Position numbers and translations under genes: made by a program. Under the pieces are notes generated by a model. That model made no database searches. It had not been told where the DNA came from and saw only the letters and a program-made list of their open reading frames with translations. DNA of 64,000 bases, from the NCBI GenBank assembly GCA_030586555.1, contig JAURAC010000015.1, positions 9,820 through 73,819 of the forward strand. Reading direction: 5' to 3'. This document shows, in pieces, positions 59,347-64,000 of the stretch; the stretch's first letter is position 1; each line of letters begins with the position of its first letter. Source of the stretch: Candidatus Subterrananammoxibius californiae (GTDB taxonomy: Bacteria; Planctomycetota; Brocadiia; Brocadiales; Subterrananammoxibiaceae).

Positions 59347-60465
59347 TCAATGTTCATATTTGTAAAGGGCTGCTGCTTCCTTTTTTCTTTTTACAGCGAC
59401 TTGTTTGCTCAAGCCTTCCTCTTTTATTATATCCCTTAAGTTGTCTAAAAAGCATCCAATTTCCTCTTTTGTACCAACGGTGACTCGAAGGCAGTCATCA
59501 GCCTTTGGAATGTCAAAGTAGCGAATAAGTATTTTTCGGTTCTTTAGTTTTTGCATAATCTGTCTTGCTGCAAAGACGCTGGAACATCTGAAAAAGACAA
59601 AGTTAGACTGGGATGGATAAACGAAAAAACCCATCTCACTAAGCGAGTTTGAAAGAAATGCCCTCGTTTCCTTAATCCCCGCAACATTTCTTTTCAGGGT
59701 TTCCTGGTCGTCCAGCGCAGCAATGGCGGCTGCCATGCTGAGCCTGTCCACATTGTATGAATCCTTTGCCTTAATCATACCCTGAATAATTGCCTCATTG
59801 GCAATGCAGAATCCGAGACGAAGACCTGCAAGTGAGTATGATTTTGAAAGCGTTCTAAGTACTAAGATATTTGGATATTTGTCTACAAGGGTAAGACAAT
59901 TCGAGTCTGCAAAATCTGCGTAAGCCTCGTCTAAAACAAGGACGCCATCCATTTTCTCTGCGAGTTTAGAGATTTCTCCTGCCGGAATTATCGTTCCGGA
60001 AGGGGAATTAGGGTTTGCAACGAAGGTTACTTTTGCTCCTTTTACCGATATGCCGTTGGGAAGTGAGTAGTCGTCTGGAAAATCTATAGGGCAGGCTATT
60101 GCATCCTGTAATTCGGCTAATGTCTTATATAGCATGTATGTTGGGTAAGGATAAACCACCTTGTCACCAGGACCCGCAAAGCTTCGGATGATTATTGTCA
60201 AAAGGTCGTCAGAACCGTTTCCAACCAGCACATTTTCCGGCTTTGTACCGAACACATTAGCCGCATTCTCACGCACATACGTCGCAAGAGGGTCAGGGTA
60301 AAGACGGAGGTTACTATTAGCAGCATCCTTAATGGCATCAATAACCTTCGGGGACGGTGGATAAGGATTTTCATTGGTATTAAGCTTTACATATTTCCCA
60401 TCCTTTGGCTGCTCACCCGGTTGGTAGCCTGCCATTCTCTCAATATTATCGCGAAAGTAACTCAC
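59347..60465 (-). CDS. hisC: Histidinol-phosphate aminotransferase
   Basis: KLNTNENPY, NPNSPSG, DEAY, RTLSKSYSLAGLRLG. Confidence 0.96.
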   Translation of the reverse strand: MSYFRDNIERMAGYQPGEQPKDGKYVKLNTNENPYPPSPKVIDAIKDAANSNLRLYPDPLATYVRENAANVFGTKPENVLVGNGSDDLLTIIIRSFAGPGDKVVYPYPTYMLYKTLAELQDAIACPIDFPDDYSLPNGISVKGAKVTFVANPNSPSGTIIPAGEISKLAEKMDGVLVLDEAYADFADSNCLTLVDKYPNILVLRTLSKSYSLAGLRLGFCIANEAIIQGMIKAKDSYNVDRLSMAAAIAALDDQETLKRNVAGIKETRAFLSNSLSEMGFFVYPSQSNFVFFRCSSVFAARQIMQKLKNRKILIRYFDIPKADDCLRVTVGTKEEIGCFLDNLRDIIKEEGLSKQVAVKRKKEAAALYKYEH

Positions 60466-60530
60466 TATTAATTTTTCTCCTCACCTTTTTGAAAAAGCTG
60501 CACCATGTAGGGGCATGTGGGTGTGTTCTT

Positions 60531-61325
60531 TCACCACCAATACACCGGGGTCGTCCCATCATTTCCGATAATGGTGCCATGCTCAACATCCTTCATCTTA
60601 ACTACCGAATAGCCAGAGGCAAGCTGGTTATACTGGCTATAAAGCTTCTTGTAAAAGAGCTTGCTTTTTTTACCAATTTTTTTAATATACGCCTCATACA
60701 CGGTGAAATTTTGGCTGTTTGCATAAATCGTTAAATTATCTTCACCCCTGCCGCCGTCAATAAAGGCCCTGTCCTTGCCAGGGCTCACATCGTATGTCAT
60801 CGTATCTGCCCCATCCTCGCCACACATCTCGACAATGTCATCCCAATCGCCACCGTCCAGAAAGAGCATATCATCGCCCCTTCCGCCATGCTGGATAATA
60901 TAGTCACTATCAGCACCACCATCTGCATCTATGAAATCATCGCCCGTCCCGCCATATTGTTTAATGCGGTCATTACCCGAGTCTCCGTTACCAATTTGAG
61001 CATCGCTGCCCTCCCCACCATCCTGGAGGATGCGGCTGTTTCCACCGCCACCCCCTATATACTGGTTGTCATCACCATCCCCGCCATCTTGTTCGAGCCA
61101 GTCGTCGTCAGCATTACCTTCGATAACCTGGGTGTCTTCGCCATCAAACCCGTTCTGAACAATCTTATCCCTGAGCGGGGTGGCAAATGTTATTTGAGTA
61201 TCATCGCCCGGCGTGCCATTAACGGTTACGTAATTGTCATAACCGGCATAGCCATTGTCAGGGATAGTTAGTAAGAATAACGTTACTGCAATAACACATC
61301 CCAAAATTACGTTTTTCTTTTCCAT
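60531..61325 (-). CDS. Secreted RTX-like Ca-binding repeat protein
   Basis: Signal peptide; GGxGxD repeats; ORF extension to 61382 is heptamer repeat. Confidence 0.8.
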   Translation of the reverse strand: MEKKNVILGCVIAVTLFLLTIPDNGYAGYDNYVTVNGTPGDDTQITFATPLRDKIVQNGFDGEDTQVIEGNADDDWLEQDGGDGDDNQYIGGGGGNSRILQDGGEGSDAQIGNGDSGNDRIKQYGGTGDDFIDADGGADSDYIIQHGGRGDDMLFLDGGDWDDIVEMCGEDGADTMTYDVSPGKDRAFIDGGRGEDNLTIYANSQNFTVYEAYIKKIGKKSKLFYKKLYSQYNQLASGYSVVKMKDVEHGTIIGNDGTTPVYWW

Positions 61326-61341
61326 TCCACCTTTAATAAAT

Positions 61342-61460
61342 AAATTACAAATCACAAATTCCAAATCCCAAATAAATTTCAAGCACGAAATCCGAAACCC
61401 GAAACAAAGACCTTGTTTCGAGTTTCGATATTCGAATTTCGGATTTGTTTGTTATTTGTC
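61342..61460. repeat. 7-bp-periodic inverted repeat region
   Basis: AAATTAC AAATCAC AAATTCC AAATCCC ... GAAATCC GAAACCC GAAAC / GTTTCGA GTTTCGA TATTCGA ATTTCGG. Confidence 0.75.
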
Positions 61461-62799
61461 ATTTTAAACGTATTTTTACGGATTGTGCATGGGCATCGAG
61501 TCCCTCGGATTCCGCAATTGTAATTATCTCATTTGCAGCTCCCTTTAACGCCTTCTTATTGTACGAGATAATGCTTGTCTTTTTAAGAAAGTCATTTACT
61601 GAAAGACCTGAAAAAAATCTTGCAGTTCCGCCAGTGGGAAGTACGTGTGAAGGTCCTGCAATATAATCCCCTACAGCTACTGGTGAAAACTCACCAATAA
61701 ATATAGCCCCTGCATTCTTAATATCGTTTAATACAGCCTCAGGGTTTTTGACCATTATTTGTAGATGCTCTGGGGCTAATTCATTTGAAATATCTACAAC
61801 TTCACTTATGTCCTTTGCAACGATTATCAAACCGTACCTATCGAGCGACTCTTTTATTAAGTCCCTTTTGGATAGTGTATCAAGCTGTTTTGAAACTTCT
61901 CTTTTTACCTTACTTGCCAACCCCTCTGAAGTAGTAACGAGAACAGGAAGTCCTGGGTTGTGCTCTGCCTGAGAGAGCAGGTCAGAGGCTACATATTCTG
62001 GATTAGCGGTATCATCAGCAATTATGAGCACCTCACTGGGACCAGCGAGTATATCTATTCCCACGTAACCGAAGACCTCTCTCTTTGCTAAGGTAACGAA
62101 TATATTACCTGGTCCTACAATCTTGTCAACCTTGGGGATTGTCTTTGTGCCGAAGGCAAGGGCTGCAATTGCATGTGCGCCACCTATCTTATAGATTTCA
62201 TCTACCCCTACTTCATTTGCGGCAACCAGCCTTTCTGGTGATACAGTGCCATCCTTTCGTGGTGGGGTTACCATTTCAATTTTCTTAACCCCGGCTACCT
62301 TTGCAGGCACGGCATTCATTAAAACGGTTGAGGGGTAAGAGGCTGTCCCTCCAGGGATGTAAATCCCTACCTTTTCAATTGCTCCATATCGAACACCAAG
62401 TGATAAATCTTCTAACTCAAGACAAGTAATCTCTTCTTGATAGATATGTTTCTGGAACCTACGAATATTCTCCCTTGCTTTTCTTATAGCATTTATAAAA
62501 GCACTGGTTACGTTATTATAGGCTTCCTCAATTTCAGATTCTTTAACCCTTATGTCTTCTGGCGAGAGCGGCACGCCGTCAAGTTTTTCCGTATAAAATA
62601 AAAGGGCATCATCTCCCTTTTCTTTTATATCACTAACTATCCGACTGACGCATTCCTTGGGGCTTAAAGCCTCTCCAAAGATATCTTTAGTCTTTTTTGC
62701 TGACTGAGTTGTGCTGATATTGCCGAAGATGCTAAAACTGTCTTTAAACCATTTAAGTTCCTCTTTAATATCACATTCCCAGCTACGCAAGTATCTCAT
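61459..62799 (-). CDS. hisD: Histidinol dehydrogenase
   Basis: GIYIPGG, GPGNIFV, AGPSE, SQAEH, APEHL, GPSHVLPT. Confidence 0.97.
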   Translation of the reverse strand: MRYLRSWECDIKEELKWFKDSFSIFGNISTTQSAKKTKDIFGEALSPKECVSRIVSDIKEKGDDALLFYTEKLDGVPLSPEDIRVKESEIEEAYNNVTSAFINAIRKARENIRRFQKHIYQEEITCLELEDLSLGVRYGAIEKVGIYIPGGTASYPSTVLMNAVPAKVAGVKKIEMVTPPRKDGTVSPERLVAANEVGVDEIYKIGGAHAIAALAFGTKTIPKVDKIVGPGNIFVTLAKREVFGYVGIDILAGPSEVLIIADDTANPEYVASDLLSQAEHNPGLPVLVTTSEGLASKVKREVSKQLDTLSKRDLIKESLDRYGLIIVAKDISEVVDISNELAPEHLQIMVKNPEAVLNDIKNAGAIFIGEFSPVAVGDYIAGPSHVLPTGGTARFFSGLSVNDFLKKTSIISYNKKALKGAANEIITIAESEGLDAHAQSVKIRLK

Positions 62800-63260
62800 G
62801 TTGTGCCTGAGGCAGATTCGCCGTGGCTAACTTTACTTTCCATACACCTTACCTTATCACCAATACAAATAGGACCAACCTGTGGCGTACCTGATATTTG
62901 CGATGTGTTTACATTTAATTTCTCAGTGGTATATTGCCTTGAATATTTTATACCCATAGCTTCTGCCATCATTGCTGCGCCCAGGGTCTGAACACCGCCT
63001 TCCTCCTCGCCAGCTTTCTTTACTAATTCGGCTGCACAGATAGAACACCTCTCCTGTACATGTGTAACCTTAAGATGCGCCTTAACCAGTTCCAGATAAC
63101 CTAAAGATTCCCCTGTATTTGGGTCCTTTACTTCTTCACTCCCCAGGGCAAAGACTACAACATTCATACCATCAGCCAGGCCATCCTTCCAACCAAGATT
63201 TATTACAATACTATATTCATCTAAGATTTTTATAACCTTACCTTCGATAGGCTTTAACAT
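62796..63260 (-). CDS. Hypothetical protein (FlgT C-terminal-like beta domain)
   Basis: VINLG..DG, DPNTGESLG, IGDKV; C-terminal tail from D1 element. Confidence 0.65.
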   Translation of the reverse strand: MLKPIEGKVIKILDEYSIVINLGWKDGLADGMNVVVFALGSEEVKDPNTGESLGYLELVKAHLKVTHVQERCSICAAELVKKAGEEEGGVQTLGAAMMAEAMGIKYSRQYTTEKLNVNTSQISGTPQVGPICIGDKVRCMESKVSHGESASGTT

Positions 63261-63281
63261 AAAATTGTCCTCATTTAAAGA

Positions 63282-63309
63282 GTAGAGGCGTATAGCAATA
63301 CGCCCCTAC
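63282..63309. repeat. Family B REP-like palindrome
   Basis: GTAGAGGCGTATAGCAATACGCCCCTAC. Confidence 0.85.
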
Positions 63310-63323
63310 TGCTCTTTTGTGGC

Positions 63324-63352
63324 ATTCTACTTACTGCAAATAATAATGTCAA
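63324..63352 (-). promoter_or_regulatory. Putative sigma70 promoter of his gene cluster
   Basis: TTGACA-N17-TAGAAT. Confidence 0.6.
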
Positions 63353-63664
63353 GGAAAATGGTCTACCTGATGTTACAATTTTAAAACGCTTAAGTTTGAG
63401 TACCCCTCAAACTCAGGCAGCCTTTAAAGAAGCTAAGCAGTGTGTAAAGAGCGCTCAAATACCTGTCATTGTGGCAGGGAATCGAAGGCTTGTATCACTC
63501 TTTTGGCAAAGAATCGGCAACATATAGGTGTACGTTCCAGTAGACAGTATTTAGAAATTTAAACCATGTTTTATCATGTATCTTAAATTAAGAAGGATGT
63601 TTAGAATGAAAAACACGTGGCAAAAGCACGTTCTGGGTTAGTGCTTTTAACAAGCCCTTTATCT

Positions 63665-63679
63665 TGGCATAATTTTTGC
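63665..63679 (+). promoter_or_regulatory. Putative sigma54 promoter
   Basis: TGGCAT-N5-TTGC (GG-N10-GC) 42 bp before response regulator ATG. Confidence 0.6.
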
Positions 63680-63721
63680 GCATTAGGTGGATAATTTCCC
63701 TATTTTAAGAAGAGTTTAGCT

Positions 63722-64000
63722 ATGATGATGGTATCGAACTCACGTAACAGACATTATTCCCTTCTTATAACAGATGACGATGAAGGCTGTCGTTATAGCC
63801 TGAAAAATATTTTTGAGCCAAGTGGCTATATCACGCATCTTGCAAGTTGTGGTAGAGAGGCAATTGAAATTGCCAGGACAGAGTTGCTCCATGCTCTAAT
63901 TCTCGATATGCATTTGCCTGATATTGGTGGGGTAGAGACTTTCAGAGTAATCAAAAAGGAGGTTAAAGGAATACTTCCTTGTATATTTATTTCGGGTGAC
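63722..64000 (+). CDS. Response regulator receiver (runs off window)
   Basis: LLITDDDEG...LILDMHLPDIGG...CIFISG; not in ORF track because no stop. Confidence 0.85.
   Translation, partial: MMMVSNSRNRHYSLLITDDDEGCRYSLKNIFEPSGYITHLASCGREAIEIARTELLHALILDMHLPDIGGVETFRVIKKEVKGILPCIFISGD

Noticed and set aside
63360-63660. Possible ncRNA in the divergent intergenic region
   Set aside because: No recognisable motif or convincing fold; would need an Rfam search.

Overview
AT-rich (roughly 40% GC by eye) bacterial chromosomal window, mostly housekeeping and metabolic genes: proA, ftsB-like, eno, hisD/hisC/hisB, squalene-hopene cyclase and a frameshifted hpnH, a cobalt-uptake/corrinoid operon (cbiM-N-Q, a cbiO-cobD fusion, cbiP, cbiB, an N-terminal-half-only cbiA) behind two tandem cobalamin riboswitches, a complete V/A-type ATPase operon with a Na+-type c/K subunit and a PemK/MazF-type TA pair inserted in it, a GltD-Fd-MvhD fusion/metV/metF/NDH-2-ferredoxin cluster, a tandem TonB-dependent receptor/SBP/hybrid kinase module, VapBC and MNT-HEPN modules, tRNA-Arg(CCT) and tRNA-Leu(TAG). 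The gene set suggests an anaerobic hopanoid-making Wood-Ljungdahl organism such as an anammox-type planctomycete; this is inference only. The most striking signal is a very dense population of short palindromic (REP-like) micro-elements of at least six families. They occur as hetero-doublets, nest precisely inside one another, flank a TA cassette as 105-bp direct repeats, supply stop codons, and sit without breaking the frame inside about 15 proteins, so that identical peptides (RTNKFVHAT, SKIERSET) appear in unrelated proteins. No RAYT/IS200-type transposase is visible in the window. Coordinates of non-ORF features were counted by hand and may be off by a few bases.
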